From assembly GCA_016213325.1 (NCBI GenBank), contig JACRAY010000010.1:68927-132926 (forward strand): a stretch of 64,000 nucleotides of DNA, written 5' to 3'. The translations under genes and the position numbers were made by a program. The notes beneath the pieces were generated by a model. The model saw nothing but the letters and a program-made list of their open reading frames with translations, had not been told where the DNA came from and did not search any database. The DNA comes from Burkholderiales bacterium. Its GTDB lineage: Bacteria; Pseudomonadota; Gammaproteobacteria; Burkholderiales; Burkholderiaceae_C. Of this stretch, positions 44,837-54,567 are shown in pieces (positions within the stretch are counted from its first letter, which is position 1; every line of letters begins with the position of its first letter).

Positions 44837-46501
44837 TCAAGTGGAATAGGTGGCGAACTTGGTGGTGGAAGCCACCGCCTTGCTGTCGGTGCGCACGTTG
44901 ATGAGCGCCGGCAGCCCGGAGTCGAAGGCGCGCTTCAGCGCCGGCTTGATCTGCGCCGGGTCCTCCACGTATTCGCCGTAGCAGCCCAGCGCTTCGGCCA
45001 TCTTCTCGTAGCGCGTGTAGCCCAGGTGCTGGCCCGGCTTGCGGTGCCCGTCGTCGCCGGTCCAGCCGCCGTTGAGGCTGACCACCGTCACCACCGGGAT
45101 CTTGTGGCGCACGGCCGTGTCAAGCTCCATCGCGTTCAGGCCGAACGAGCCGTCGCCGTGCAGCACCAGCACCTGCTTGTCCGGGCGCGCCACCTTGGCG
45201 CCGATGCCGAACGGCAGGCCCACGCCCATGGTGCCGAAGGCGCCCGAGTTGAGGCGGTGGCCCGGTACAAAGGTGCGCAGCGACTGCCGGCCGAAGTTGA
45301 GGATCTCCTGGCCGTCCACCACCAGCACGGCATCGCGGTCGAGGAACTCGCCCACTTCCTTGCACAGGCGCAGCGGATGGATGGGGCGCGAGTCACTCGA
45401 CATCTTCTCCAGCATCTTCGCGCTCTTGTCGCGATTGACGGCGCCCAAATGGCTCACCCACGCGCTGAAGCTATCCGGGCGCAGCTTGCCCTTGGCCTCG
45501 TCGATCAGCTGCTGCAGCACCGTCTTGGCGTCGCCCACGATGCCGACGTCGCAGGCGCGCGTGAGGCCGATCTCCTGCGCATCGATGTTCACCTGGATCA
45601 TCTTGGCGTCGGCGCTGAAGCGCGGCGCCGTGAAGTGGCCGTTGATGTAGTTGGAGCGCGTGCCGATCACCAGCAGCAGGTCGGCTTCGGCGAAAGCGGT
45701 GGCACGTGCATTCAGCAGCGACATCTCGTGGTCGTCGGGCACCACGCCGCGGCCCTGCGGTGTCGTGTAGAACGGGATGCCGGCGGACTCGATGAATTGC
45801 TGCAGTTCCGTCGACGCGCCGGACCACAGGATGCCGCTGCCGCTGACGACGATCGGCTTGCGCGCCTGCGCCAGCAGCGCGATGGCGTCGCGCACCGCCT
45901 GCGGGTTGCCGGCGGGGCGCTCGCGCGCCAGCGCCCTGGCGGGGTCGGGATAGACGATGTCGCTTTCGTCACTGGCGCGCTCGTAGAGCATGGCGCCGCA
46001 CACGTCCAGGTAGACCGGCCCGGGCCGCCCGCTCATGGCGTGCCGCATCGCGGTGGCCACCATCTCGGGGATGCGGCGGATGTCGGTAACGCGGTCGGCC
46101 CATTTGGTGATCGGCTTGAACAGCGCCACCTGGTCCATCTCCTGGAAGATGCCCGTGCCCGAAACGCTGATGGGCGCGGCGCCGCCGATCGCGACCATGG
46201 GCACCGCATCGGCCCAGGCAGTCGCGACGCCCGTGACCAGGTTGCACACACCGGGGCCGGACGCGGCCATGCACACGCCGGGCTTGCCGGTCACGCGCGC
46301 ATAGGCGTGCGCCATCATCGCGGCAGCCTGCTCGTGCCGCACGTCGATGCCGCGCATGCCTTCGTCCATGCTGTACAGCTCGGCATGGATCATGGGCCCG
46401 CCCATGAGGTAGAAGAAGTCTTCGACGCCGTGCTGGCGCAGCGCCTTCGCCAGGATCTTCGAGCCGATGGGGGGCTTTTTCGCGCCGGTGGGGGTCGTCA
46501 T
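44837..46501 (-). CDS. thiamine-diphosphate-dependent enzyme (acetolactate synthase / oxalyl-CoA decarboxylase family)
   Basis: 554 aa. The N-terminal PYR domain reads ...VRHEQAAAMMAHAYARVTGKPGVCMAASGPGVCN.... The TPP-binding motif is ...GDGSFGLNAMELDTAVRHKIPV.... Confidence 0.9.
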   Translation of the reverse strand: MTTPTGAKKPPIGSKILAKALRQHGVEDFFYLMGGPMIHAELYSMDEGMRGIDVRHEQAAAMMAHAYARVTGKPGVCMAASGPGVCNLVTGVATAWADAVPMVAIGGAAPISVSGTGIFQEMDQVALFKPITKWADRVTDIRRIPEMVATAMRHAMSGRPGPVYLDVCGAMLYERASDESDIVYPDPARALARERPAGNPQAVRDAIALLAQARKPIVVSGSGILWSGASTELQQFIESAGIPFYTTPQGRGVVPDDHEMSLLNARATAFAEADLLLVIGTRSNYINGHFTAPRFSADAKMIQVNIDAQEIGLTRACDVGIVGDAKTVLQQLIDEAKGKLRPDSFSAWVSHLGAVNRDKSAKMLEKMSSDSRPIHPLRLCKEVGEFLDRDAVLVVDGQEILNFGRQSLRTFVPGHRLNSGAFGTMGVGLPFGIGAKVARPDKQVLVLHGDGSFGLNAMELDTAVRHKIPVVTVVSLNGGWTGDDGHRKPGQHLGYTRYEKMAEALGCYGEYVEDPAQIKPALKRAFDSGLPALINVRTDSKAVASTTKFATYST

Positions 46502-46525
46502 GTCATTGCCTTGCTGTTGGGGAGT

Positions 46526-47752
46526 TCAGATCGCCTTGCGCTCGCGCATGGCGGCCAGCTGGTCGGGCGTGTAGCCGAGCAGCTCTGCATAGACCTGCTC
46601 GTTGTGCTGCCCGAGCAGCGGGGCGGCCGTCACCGGGACCTGCGTGTCCGACATGCGTACCGGGAAGCCGGGCATGGTGAAAGGCCCGCGCGCCGCGTGG
46701 TCGACCGTGACGAACATGCCGCGCTTGCGCAGGTGCTCGTCGTTCTGCAGTTCCTCGGTGTCGAACACCGCGCCCGCAGGCACGCCGGCCTCGCCCAGCA
46801 GCTGCATCACCGTGCGCTTGTCGTGCTGCGCGACCCACCCGGCCACCAGCGCGTCGACTTCGGCGCAGTTCTCCCAGCGCGAGCGGGGCGTCATGAAGCG
46901 CGGGTCTTCGCGCAAGTCCTCGCGGCCGATCACCTTCAGCAGGCTGTTCCATTGCTCGCTGGGCGCGCGCGAGATGTAGATGAAGCAGTAGTCGTTGGGC
47001 CCGTCGCCCTTGCACTTGTAGGATTCGCTCGGCGCGCTGGTCGCCAGCACGCTCTGGTTGCCCGTGCGCGGGGCCGGCTTGCCGGTGCTGGCCTGCGTGG
47101 CGAAGGCGATGCGCGAGAAGTTGATCACGGCGTCCTGCATCGCCACCTGCACCCGCTGGCCGCGGCCGGTCACGGTGCGCTGCAGCAGCGCGCCCAGGAT
47201 GCCGATGGCGCAATGCAGGCCGGTGCCGGTGTCGCCGATCGTCACGCCGGGCCGCAGGGGCCGGCCGTCCGCGTCGCCGGTGAGGCTCATCGCGCCACCC
47301 ACCGCCTGCGCGATCATGTCGAACGACAGGAAGTTGCTGTACGGGCTGTCCGGGCCGTAGCCCTTGATCTGCGCGAAGATCGTGCGCGGGTTGATCGCGT
47401 GGATGTCGTCCCAGCCGAAGCCCAGGCGCTCGATCACGCCCGGTGCGAAGTTCTCGATCACCACATCGGCAGTCTTCACCAGCTCGCGGAACAGCGCGCG
47501 GCCCTCCTCGCTCTTGAGGTTGCAGGTGATGCTGCGCTTGTTGGCGTTCAGCAGGATGAAGTAGGCGGAGTCCACCCCGTTGCGGTCCTGCACGCGGCCC
47601 TGGTCGCCGCGTTTGGGCTCTTCGACCTTGATCACGTCGGCCCCCATCCAGGCCAGCGTCTCGGTGCAGGACGTGCCGGCCTCGAACTGGGTCAGGTCCA
47701 GCACCCGCACGCCTTGCAGCGCGGTCGAGCCGGGTTTCGTGGTCGAATCCAT
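46526..47752 (-). CDS. family III CoA-transferase (CaiB/BaiF/Frc family)
   Basis: 408 aa. The N-terminus ...LQGVRVLDLTQFEAGTSCTETLAWMGADVIKVE.P..GD.GR closely parallels formyl-CoA transferase-type N-termini. Confidence 0.9.
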   Translation of the reverse strand: MDSTTKPGSTALQGVRVLDLTQFEAGTSCTETLAWMGADVIKVEEPKRGDQGRVQDRNGVDSAYFILLNANKRSITCNLKSEEGRALFRELVKTADVVIENFAPGVIERLGFGWDDIHAINPRTIFAQIKGYGPDSPYSNFLSFDMIAQAVGGAMSLTGDADGRPLRPGVTIGDTGTGLHCAIGILGALLQRTVTGRGQRVQVAMQDAVINFSRIAFATQASTGKPAPRTGNQSVLATSAPSESYKCKGDGPNDYCFIYISRAPSEQWNSLLKVIGREDLREDPRFMTPRSRWENCAEVDALVAGWVAQHDKRTVMQLLGEAGVPAGAVFDTEELQNDEHLRKRGMFVTVDHAARGPFTMPGFPVRMSDTQVPVTAAPLLGQHNEQVYAELLGYTPDQLAAMRERKAI

Positions 47753-47923
47753 TCAGGTCTCCTCTTGGTGGCATGGCGACTCTGCGCGCGGCCCGCTCGC
47801 CGGGCATCGTCCGATGCGACGAAATTGCGTCCGGGGCGCAAGCGGATCGTCCAAACGGACGATGGCGGTATGCGGCCGGGCGAGGAACATCGGCCGTCAT
47901 CCCCCCGGACAGGAGAAGCGCCC

Positions 47924-49198
47924 ATGGATTTCGACATCCCCCGCGAGCTGCAGGACACGATCGCCACGATGGACGCCTTCATCGCGGCCGAGATCAAGCC
48001 CCTGCAGGACGCCAACCCGCAGTTCTTCGACCACCGGCGCGAGCACGCGCGCACCAACTGGGCCGCGGGCGGCATCCCCAGCGCCGACTGGGAAGCGCTG
48101 CTGCATGAAATGCGACAGCGCGCCGACCGTGCCGGGTTCTACCGCATCGGCCTGCCCCAGCGGCTGGGCGGGCGCGACGCGAGCAACCTGGCGCAGGCCG
48201 TGCTGCGCGAGCACCTGGCGGGCAGGGGCCTGGGCCTGCATGCCGACTTCCAGAGCGAGATCTCGGTCGTGGGCAGCATCTCCATGGCCGAGGTGTTCGA
48301 CCGCTATGCCGACGAGGCGCAGAAGGCCGAGTACCTCGAAGGCATCATCACAGGCGACAAGCGGGTGGCGTTCGGCCTGACCGAGCCCGACCACGGCAGC
48401 GACGCCACCTGGATGGAAACCACGGCCGTGCGCGAGGGCGACACCTGGCTCATCAACGGCGCCAAGCGCTTCAACAGCGGCGTGCACACGGCGAACGCAG
48501 ACCTGGTGATCGCGCGCACCTCGGGCAAGGCCGGCGACGCCACCGGCCTCACCGGCTTCATCGTGCCCATGGACACGCCGGGCGTGAAGATCGAGTACTA
48601 CCACTGGACGTTCAACATGCCGAGCGACCACGCGGAAGTCACGTTCAAGGACGTGCGGGTGCCGCACACGGCCATCCTGCACCAGGAGGGCAACGGCCTC
48701 ATGCTGGCTCAGCACGTGGTGCACAAGAACCGCATCCGGCAGGCCGCGCAGAGCGTGGGCGCTGCGCGCTACTGTGTTCAGGAGTCTGTGAAGTACGCCC
48801 GCGAGCGCAAGACCTTCGGCAAGGCACTGGCGACGCACCAGGCCATCCAGTTTCCCATTGCCGAGATGCACGCCGAAGTCGAGATCGTGCGCAACTACGT
48901 CTTCAGGACCGCCTGGGAGATGGACCGCACACCGCACGAGAAGATGAGCGACCAGGTGGGTATCGCCAACTTCCGCGCCAACCGCCTGGCCTGCAAGGCC
49001 GCCGACCTGGCGATCCAGGTGCACGGCGGCATCGGCTACACGCGCGGCATGCCGTTCGAGCACATGTACCGGCACCACCGCCGCTACCGCATCACTGAAG
49101 GCTCCGACGAAGTGCAGATCCGCAAGGTCGCGGGTTTCCTGTTCGGCTTTGCCGGGCCCAACAAGATCAAGTCAACGAAGTCCAAGGAACCCGCATGA
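47924..49198 (+). CDS. acyl-CoA dehydrogenase family protein
   Basis: 424 aa from the ATG preceded by AGGAGAA (MDFDIPRELQDTIATMDAFI...). ...FGLTEPDHGSDA... and ...VHGGIGYT... are present. On the track it is buried at the end of a 1474 aa ORF whose first ~1050 codons are antisense shadow. Confidence 0.9.
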   Translation: MDFDIPRELQDTIATMDAFIAAEIKPLQDANPQFFDHRREHARTNWAAGGIPSADWEALLHEMRQRADRAGFYRIGLPQRLGGRDASNLAQAVLREHLAGRGLGLHADFQSEISVVGSISMAEVFDRYADEAQKAEYLEGIITGDKRVAFGLTEPDHGSDATWMETTAVREGDTWLINGAKRFNSGVHTANADLVIARTSGKAGDATGLTGFIVPMDTPGVKIEYYHWTFNMPSDHAEVTFKDVRVPHTAILHQEGNGLMLAQHVVHKNRIRQAAQSVGAARYCVQESVKYARERKTFGKALATHQAIQFPIAEMHAEVEIVRNYVFRTAWEMDRTPHEKMSDQVGIANFRANRLACKAADLAIQVHGGIGYTRGMPFEHMYRHHRRYRITEGSDEVQIRKVAGFLFGFAGPNKIKSTKSKEPA

Positions 49199-50160
49199 TC
49201 ACTCGCCGCCTCTTCTCTGCCGCCGTACTGGGGGTTGCCGCCTGCGGCGCCCACGCCGCCGACCCCTTCCCGATTCCCGGCAAGACCATCACCATGGTGC
49301 TGCCGTCCACCAGCGGCTCGGCCGGCGACCAGGTGCTGCGCATGCTGGCCGACAAGCTGAAGGATGAGTGGAAGGTGCCGGTCATCGTGGACTCCAAGCC
49401 GGGCGCCGGCGGCGCCATCGGCACGCAGTTCGTGGCGCGCTCCGCGCCCGACGGCCACACCATGTTGCTGGGCTTCAGCGCGCTGGTGCAGTCGCAGGCC
49501 TTCGGCATCAAGACACCCTACGACACGCTCACCGACCTGATCCCCGTGGCGCGCCTGAACGACGTGCCGCTGGTGCTGCTGACCGGCGACATGGGCATCA
49601 CCAGCCTGGCGGACTTCGCGGCGAAGGCCAAGGCGGACCCGGCGCAGTTCAACTTCGGCAGCTATGGCGCGGCGACCACGGGTCATGTCTACTCGAGCCT
49701 GATCAACCTGAAGCACGGCATGAACCTGGTGCACGTGCCGTTCCGCGGCACGCCGCCGCTCACGGCTGCCCTGCTGGGCGGCCACGTGAAGAGCGGCGTG
49801 AGCAACCTGGACAGCCTGTCGCACATCAAGGCGGGCAAGCTGCGCGCGCTGGCCATCACCGGCACCAAGCGTTCGCCACTGCTGCCGGACGTGCCGACCT
49901 TCAGCGAATTGGGCTACGACATCACGTCGGGTGGCCGCTACTGGCTGCTGTTGCCCGCCGGGACTGCGCCGCAGACCGTGGACAAGGTCCGCGACGCGGT
50001 GCTGCGCCTGCTGAAGACGCCCGAGGTGCGCGAGAAGATGCTGGCGATCGGCCTGGAGCCCGCGTCGGGTGAGCGCGAGGACGTGGCCGGCGACATGCGC
50101 AAGGAGATGGACTACTGGAAGCGCGTGGTGCAGGCGACGGGCATCAAGGCCGGCGACTGA
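49195..50160 (+). CDS. Bug-family (TctC-like) tripartite tricarboxylate transporter substrate-binding protein
   Basis: 321 aa with a signal peptide and ...VDSKPGAGGAIG..FVARS.PDGHT..., the Bug signature. The ATG overlaps the ACAD stop. Confidence 0.9.
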   Translation: MITRRLFSAAVLGVAACGAHAADPFPIPGKTITMVLPSTSGSAGDQVLRMLADKLKDEWKVPVIVDSKPGAGGAIGTQFVARSAPDGHTMLLGFSALVQSQAFGIKTPYDTLTDLIPVARLNDVPLVLLTGDMGITSLADFAAKAKADPAQFNFGSYGAATTGHVYSSLINLKHGMNLVHVPFRGTPPLTAALLGGHVKSGVSNLDSLSHIKAGKLRALAITGTKRSPLLPDVPTFSELGYDITSGGRYWLLLPAGTAPQTVDKVRDAVLRLLKTPEVREKMLAIGLEPASGEREDVAGDMRKEMDYWKRVVQATGIKAGD

Positions 50161-51178
50161 ACCAGTCGAGGCCGTCGCGCCGCTCGCGCACGGCCCCGCC
50201 CCGCGCCACCAGGTAGTTCAGGCACGCCACGGCCTCGCCCGTGGCCATGCCCATCAGGCTGGCGTTGTCCGGGCTGATGGGCCGGCGGAACAGCGAGCCG
50301 AAGACGTCCACGACCCGCTGCGGCTGCGCCAACGCGCCGCGCAACTTGTCGAGCGCCTCGTGCTGGCCCACCTCCAGCTGCTCGAGCCGCGCATGCAGCC
50401 CCCGGAAGCATTCGTTGTGCGAAGGCAGCACCAGCACGTCGTCCGCAATGGCGGCGCGCAGCTTGGCCAGCGAGGCGAGCCAGTCCGCCATCGGGTTGGC
50501 CAGCGGCTCCATGGGCTGCACCGACACGTTGGACGAGATGCGCGGCAGCACCTGGTCGCCGGAGATCATCAGTTGTCGCTTGGCACAGTACAAGCACGCA
50601 TGCTCGGGCGAATGCCCGGTGCCCACAATCACCTGCCAGTCATCCTCGCCGATGCGGATGCATTCGCCATCCACGATGCGGCGGAAGCTGTCGGGCATGG
50701 GCTGGATGTTGCGGCCGAATTTGCCGAAGCGTCCGCGGTAGCCGCCCAGCGCCGCTTCATCCCAGCCGGCCGCGCGATAGAACCGCAGCGCATCCTCCGG
50801 CGGCTCGCGCCCGGTATCCGACGCCGCCACGCGGCATTGCAAGTATTCCAGCCGCGTCATCCACAGCGGCACGCCGAAGCGGCGCGTGAACCACCCGGCC
50901 ATGCCCACGTGGTCCGGGTGCATGTGCGTGACGATCACGCGCTTCAACGGCTGGGTGAAGGGCGGCTCGTGCAGCAATTGCTCCCAGGCGGCGATGGTCG
51001 CTGCGGAGCCCACGCCGGTGTCGACCAGGGTCCAGCCGTCGCCGTCCTCCAATGCCCACACGTTGATGTGCGCAAGCGGCCCGGGCAACTCCAGGCGCAC
51101 CCACCACACGCCCGGCGCCACCGGCGTGAAACCACCGAAGGCCGGCGCTGCGATCGGATAGACGAGCGCGTCAGCCAT
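50144..51178 (-). CDS. MBL-fold metallo-hydrolase
   Basis: 344 aa from the internal ATG MADALVYPI.... ...VIVTHMHPDHVGMAGW... is the HxHxDH motif. It overlaps the stop of the upstream phosphotransferase gene by 8 nt. The 578 aa track ORF is an over-extension. Confidence 0.85.
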   Translation of the reverse strand: MADALVYPIAAPAFGGFTPVAPGVWWVRLELPGPLAHINVWALEDGDGWTLVDTGVGSAATIAAWEQLLHEPPFTQPLKRVIVTHMHPDHVGMAGWFTRRFGVPLWMTRLEYLQCRVAASDTGREPPEDALRFYRAAGWDEAALGGYRGRFGKFGRNIQPMPDSFRRIVDGECIRIGEDDWQVIVGTGHSPEHACLYCAKRQLMISGDQVLPRISSNVSVQPMEPLANPMADWLASLAKLRAAIADDVLVLPSHNECFRGLHARLEQLEVGQHEALDKLRGALAQPQRVVDVFGSLFRRPISPDNASLMGMATGEAVACLNYLVARGGAVRERRDGLDWFSRRP

Positions 51179-52232
51179 TGCACGCCGCGCGGTTGACGAG
51201 GGACCAGGCCAGCCGCGCGCGCGTCGCCACGTTCTTCTTGCGGTCCAGGCTGGCGGCCGGCGCCACGCCGTCCAGCGCGCGCTTGTAGGCGCCCTGGGCG
51301 ATGGCAGCCAGCTTGAAGATGTTGACGGCGATGTAGAAGTCCCAGTGCGGGATACCGTCCAGGCCCCGCAGCGCGCAGTAGCGGCGCACCTGCTCCGACT
51401 CTTCGGGGATGCCCAGCGCGCGCCAGTCGGCGTCCTCCCAGCCGATCGGGCCCTCGAACAGGTGATAGGCCAGGCAGCTGTAGGCGACGTCGCAGAACGG
51501 GTCGCCCAGCGTCGACAGTTCCCAGTCGAGCACCGCCACCACGCGCGGTTCCAGCGGGTGGATGATGAGGTTGCCCAGGCGGAAATCGCCATGCATGACC
51601 CGCGCGGGCTGCGCGGCCGGCTGGTGGGCCAGCAGCCACTGGGCCAGCAGGTCCATCTCCGGAATGTCGTCGGTCTGCGCCGCGCGGTATTGCTTGATCC
51701 AGCGGTCCACCAGCCGGCCCAGGAAGTTGTCCGGCTTGCCGTAGCTTTCGAGTCCCACCGCCGCAGGCTCGACCGCATGCAACCGCGCCAGCGTGTCCAT
51801 CGTCGCGCCGTAGACCGCGTCGCGCTCGGCCGGCGTCGAGCCCGGCATGGACGGGTTGCCGAAGATGCGGCCGGGCACATGGTCCATCACGAAGAAGGCC
51901 TGGCCGAGCACGCCCGTGTCTTCGCACAGGAAGTGGGTGCGCGGCACCGGCACGCCGGTGCCGGCGAGCGCGCGGATCACGCGAAACTCGCGGTCGACCT
52001 GGTGGGCCGACAGCAGCAGCTGGCCCGCCGGGCGCTTGCGCAGCACGAAGTCGCGCCGTGTCCCGTCACGCATCAGCGCGTCCAGCGCATAGGTGGGGTT
52101 GGAATAGCCGCCCGGGAACTGGCGCACGCGCAAGTCGCCCGCGTAGCCTTCCAGGTGCGTGGCGAGGTACGCGTGCAGCGCCGCATCCTCCAGCCGGTTT
52201 TGCGCGAGCACTTCGATCGTGTCGTTCAACAT
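51171..52232 (-). CDS. phosphotransferase-family protein (APH/ChoK kinase fold; ACAD10/11 N-domain / LvaA-like)
   Basis: 353 aa. ...FPGGYSNPTY.L......FVLRKRP.G..L.SAH.V.REFRV..AL... and the catalytic ...VMHGDFRLGNLI... and ...VLDWEL... are typical APH-fold motifs. Confidence 0.85.
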   Translation of the reverse strand: MLNDTIEVLAQNRLEDAALHAYLATHLEGYAGDLRVRQFPGGYSNPTYALDALMRDGTRRDFVLRKRPAGQLLLSAHQVDREFRVIRALAGTGVPVPRTHFLCEDTGVLGQAFFVMDHVPGRIFGNPSMPGSTPAERDAVYGATMDTLARLHAVEPAAVGLESYGKPDNFLGRLVDRWIKQYRAAQTDDIPEMDLLAQWLLAHQPAAQPARVMHGDFRLGNLIIHPLEPRVVAVLDWELSTLGDPFCDVAYSCLAYHLFEGPIGWEDADWRALGIPEESEQVRRYCALRGLDGIPHWDFYIAVNIFKLAAIAQGAYKRALDGVAPAASLDRKKNVATRARLAWSLVNRAACNG

Positions 52233-52242
52233 CCCTTGTTCC

Positions 52243-53001
52243 TCACGTGCGCTGCCAGAAAACCGTGAGCCGCTGCGCCAACCGCACCAGCAGCCCGGCG
52301 CCCACGCCCATGGCGCAAAGCACCAGGATCGCCGCGAACATCATCGACACGTCCATTTCCAGCGAGCGAGCCTTGATCACGTAACCCAGCCCCACGGTCG
52401 CCGCGATGAATTCGGACACCACGACACCGATCAGGCTGAACATCACCGCCACCTGCAGCGCGGCAAACAGGAACGGTGCGGCGGCCGGGATGCGCACATG
52501 CCACAGGGCGTGCAGCCGCGACGCCGAGCAGGCGCGCATCAGGTCCAGGTGCGCACGGTCGGCCGAGCGCAGGCCCGCCACGGCCGCGAGGAAGGCGGGA
52601 AAGAAGGCGAGCAGCGCCGCGGTGAACACCTTCGAAGCCATCCCGAAGCCAAGATACGCCACGATGAGCGGCGCCAGCGCCACCTTCGGGATCGATTGCA
52701 TGCCCGTCACCACCGGCAGCAGGAACGGCTCAGCCAGTGGCAGCAGCACGACCAGCGCGCCGGCCATCACACCCAGCGTCACGCCGATGGCCAGCCCCGC
52801 GAGCGCCGCACGCGCCGTGGCCCAGATGTGGGCGTGGAGCGAGCCGTCGATGAGGCCGCCCTTGAGCGCGCCGGCGACATCCAGCGGGGACGGCAGCACC
52901 GACTTGTCGAGGCCGCCCGAGCGCGTGAGCCACGCCCACAGCACAAGCAGCACGAGCAGGCTGGCCGTCGAGGCGAGCGCCGTCTTCCAGGCGTCCTTCA
53001 T
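52243..53001 (-). CDS. ABC transporter permease (NitT/TauT/SsuC family)
   Basis: 252 aa from the internal ATG MKDAWKTAL.... It carries a BPD permease motif (...SIPKVALAPLIVAYLGFG...). The ATG overlaps the stop of the upstream permease gene. Confidence 0.85.
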   Translation of the reverse strand: MKDAWKTALASTASLLVLLVLWAWLTRSGGLDKSVLPSPLDVAGALKGGLIDGSLHAHIWATARAALAGLAIGVTLGVMAGALVVLLPLAEPFLLPVVTGMQSIPKVALAPLIVAYLGFGMASKVFTAALLAFFPAFLAAVAGLRSADRAHLDLMRACSASRLHALWHVRIPAAAPFLFAALQVAVMFSLIGVVVSEFIAATVGLGYVIKARSLEMDVSMMFAAILVLCAMGVGAGLLVRLAQRLTVFWQRT

Positions 53002-53777
53002 GCGGTCGCCTCCACCACGCCGGGGTCGCCCTGCCAGAACACGAGCTTGCGGCGCAGCGCGCGCAGCAGCGCGCTCGCCGTGATGCCGATGGCCGCGAGC
53101 ATGGCCACGGCGCCGAACACCGTGGCCATGTCGAGCGTGGCCGAAGCCGACTGGATGCGCACGCCGAGCCCTCGGTCGCCCGCCACCAGCTCCATCACCA
53201 CCGCCGCCAGCAATGCGAACACCACGGACACTTCGAGCCCCACGAAGAGCTGCGGCAACGCCGAGGGCAGGCGTACCGACCAGAAGATGCGAAGCGGCCC
53301 GGCCCCACTGACGCGGTACAGGTCGACCAGGTTCGGGTCCACCGCACGGAACCCCGTGAAACTGTTGACGAACACGGGATAGATGCAGGCCAGGGAAACC
53401 AGCGCCACCGTGCTGGGCGCGCCGAAGCCGAGCCACAGGTAGATGAGCGGCGCCAGCGCCACCTTGGGAATCGACTGGAAGGCCATGACCGGCACCATCA
53501 GCGCGCGTTCGGTGCCCCGCGACAGCGCCATCGAGGCGGCCAGCAGGAAGGCGACCGTGGTGCCGATCGCATAGCCAATGGCGGCCGCGGAAACCGTGGC
53601 GAGCGCATCGCCCGGCAGTTCGCCGGAGCGCATAGCCGCGACGAAGCCCTGCAGCGTCACCCACGGATCGGGCAGCAGCATCGCCGGCGCGCCAAAGACC
53701 CGCGTCGCGAGCAGCCACGCCACGAGCACGGCGCCGAGCGTGATGAAGGGTGCGGCCCGGCGCAGCCAGGGATTCAC
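52998..53777 (-). CDS. ABC transporter permease (NitT/TauT/SsuC family), second copy
   Basis: 259 aa from a GTG (VNPWLRRAAPF...) that overlaps the ATPase stop (GTGA). ...SIPKVALAPLIYLWLGFG.... Confidence 0.8.
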   Translation of the reverse strand: MNPWLRRAAPFITLGAVLVAWLLATRVFGAPAMLLPDPWVTLQGFVAAMRSGELPGDALATVSAAAIGYAIGTTVAFLLAASMALSRGTERALMVPVMAFQSIPKVALAPLIYLWLGFGAPSTVALVSLACIYPVFVNSFTGFRAVDPNLVDLYRVSGAGPLRIFWSVRLPSALPQLFVGLEVSVVFALLAAVVMELVAGDRGLGVRIQSASATLDMATVFGAVAMLAAIGITASALLRALRRKLVFWQGDPGVVEATA

Positions 53778-54559
53778 GCCGGCTCCATGCCCGCGAACAC
53801 GTGGCGCAGCTCGTTGGTGAGTTCGGCAAAGCGCGGGCTCACCATCGTCTCGATCGTGCGCGGGCGCGGCAGGTCGATTGCCATCGTGCGCAGCACGCGC
53901 CCCGGCCGCGGCGACATGACGACCACACGGTCCGACAGGAACACCGCCTCGGGGATCGAGTGCGTGATGAACAGCACCGACTTGCCGGTGCCCGCCCAGA
54001 TGCGCTGCAGCTCGACCATCATGTTCTCGCGCGTCATGGCGTCGAGCGCGGCGAAGGGCTCGTCCATCAGCAGCAGTGCGGGGTCGTGCACCAGCGCGCG
54101 CGCGATGCCCACGCGCTGCTGCATGCCGCCGGACAGCTCTTGCGGATAGTGGCTGCTGAAGGCTTCGAGCTTGACCATGCGCAGCAATTCGCGCGCACGT
54201 TCGCGCGCAGCGGCGACGTCGCCGCGCATCGCGCGCACCGGCACCAGCACGTTCTCCAGCACGTTCTTCCACGGCAACAGCGTCGCCTGCTGGAACACGA
54301 TGCCCACTTCGCGGCGCGGCCCTTCGACGAGGCGGCCCGCCAGCTCGATACGGCCTGCGCTCGGCTTCAGCAGCCCCGCAGCCAGCTTGAGCAGCGTGGA
54401 CTTGCCGCAGCCCGAAGGCCCCAGCACCGACACGAATTCGCCCTCCGCCACATCGAACGAGAGTTGCTGCAGCGCAGGGACCGGCCCACGGCTGGACGCG
54501 TACACCAGGTCGAGGTCGCGCACGGCCAGCGACGCGGCGTGCCGGGTTACGGCCAGCAC
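53774..54559 (-). CDS. ABC transporter ATP-binding protein (NitT/TauT family)
   Basis: 261 aa from a GTG 8 nt after the SBP stop. GPSGCGKST, LSGGMQQRVGIARAL, LLMDEPF. Confidence 0.85.
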   Translation of the reverse strand: MLAVTRHAASLAVRDLDLVYASSRGPVPALQQLSFDVAEGEFVSVLGPSGCGKSTLLKLAAGLLKPSAGRIELAGRLVEGPRREVGIVFQQATLLPWKNVLENVLVPVRAMRGDVAAARERARELLRMVKLEAFSSHYPQELSGGMQQRVGIARALVHDPALLLMDEPFAALDAMTRENMMVELQRIWAGTGKSVLFITHSIPEAVFLSDRVVVMSPRPGRVLRTMAIDLPRPRTIETMVSPRFAELTNELRHVFAGMEPA

Positions 54560-54567
54560 CGCGGGCC

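Noticed and set aside
44774-47923. The first ~1050 codons of the 1474 aa plus-strand ORF 44774..49198
   Set aside because: Only the last 424 codons (from the ATG at 47924, preceded by AGGAGAA) form an acyl-CoA dehydrogenase. The upstream part is antisense to the TPP enzyme and CoA-transferase genes.
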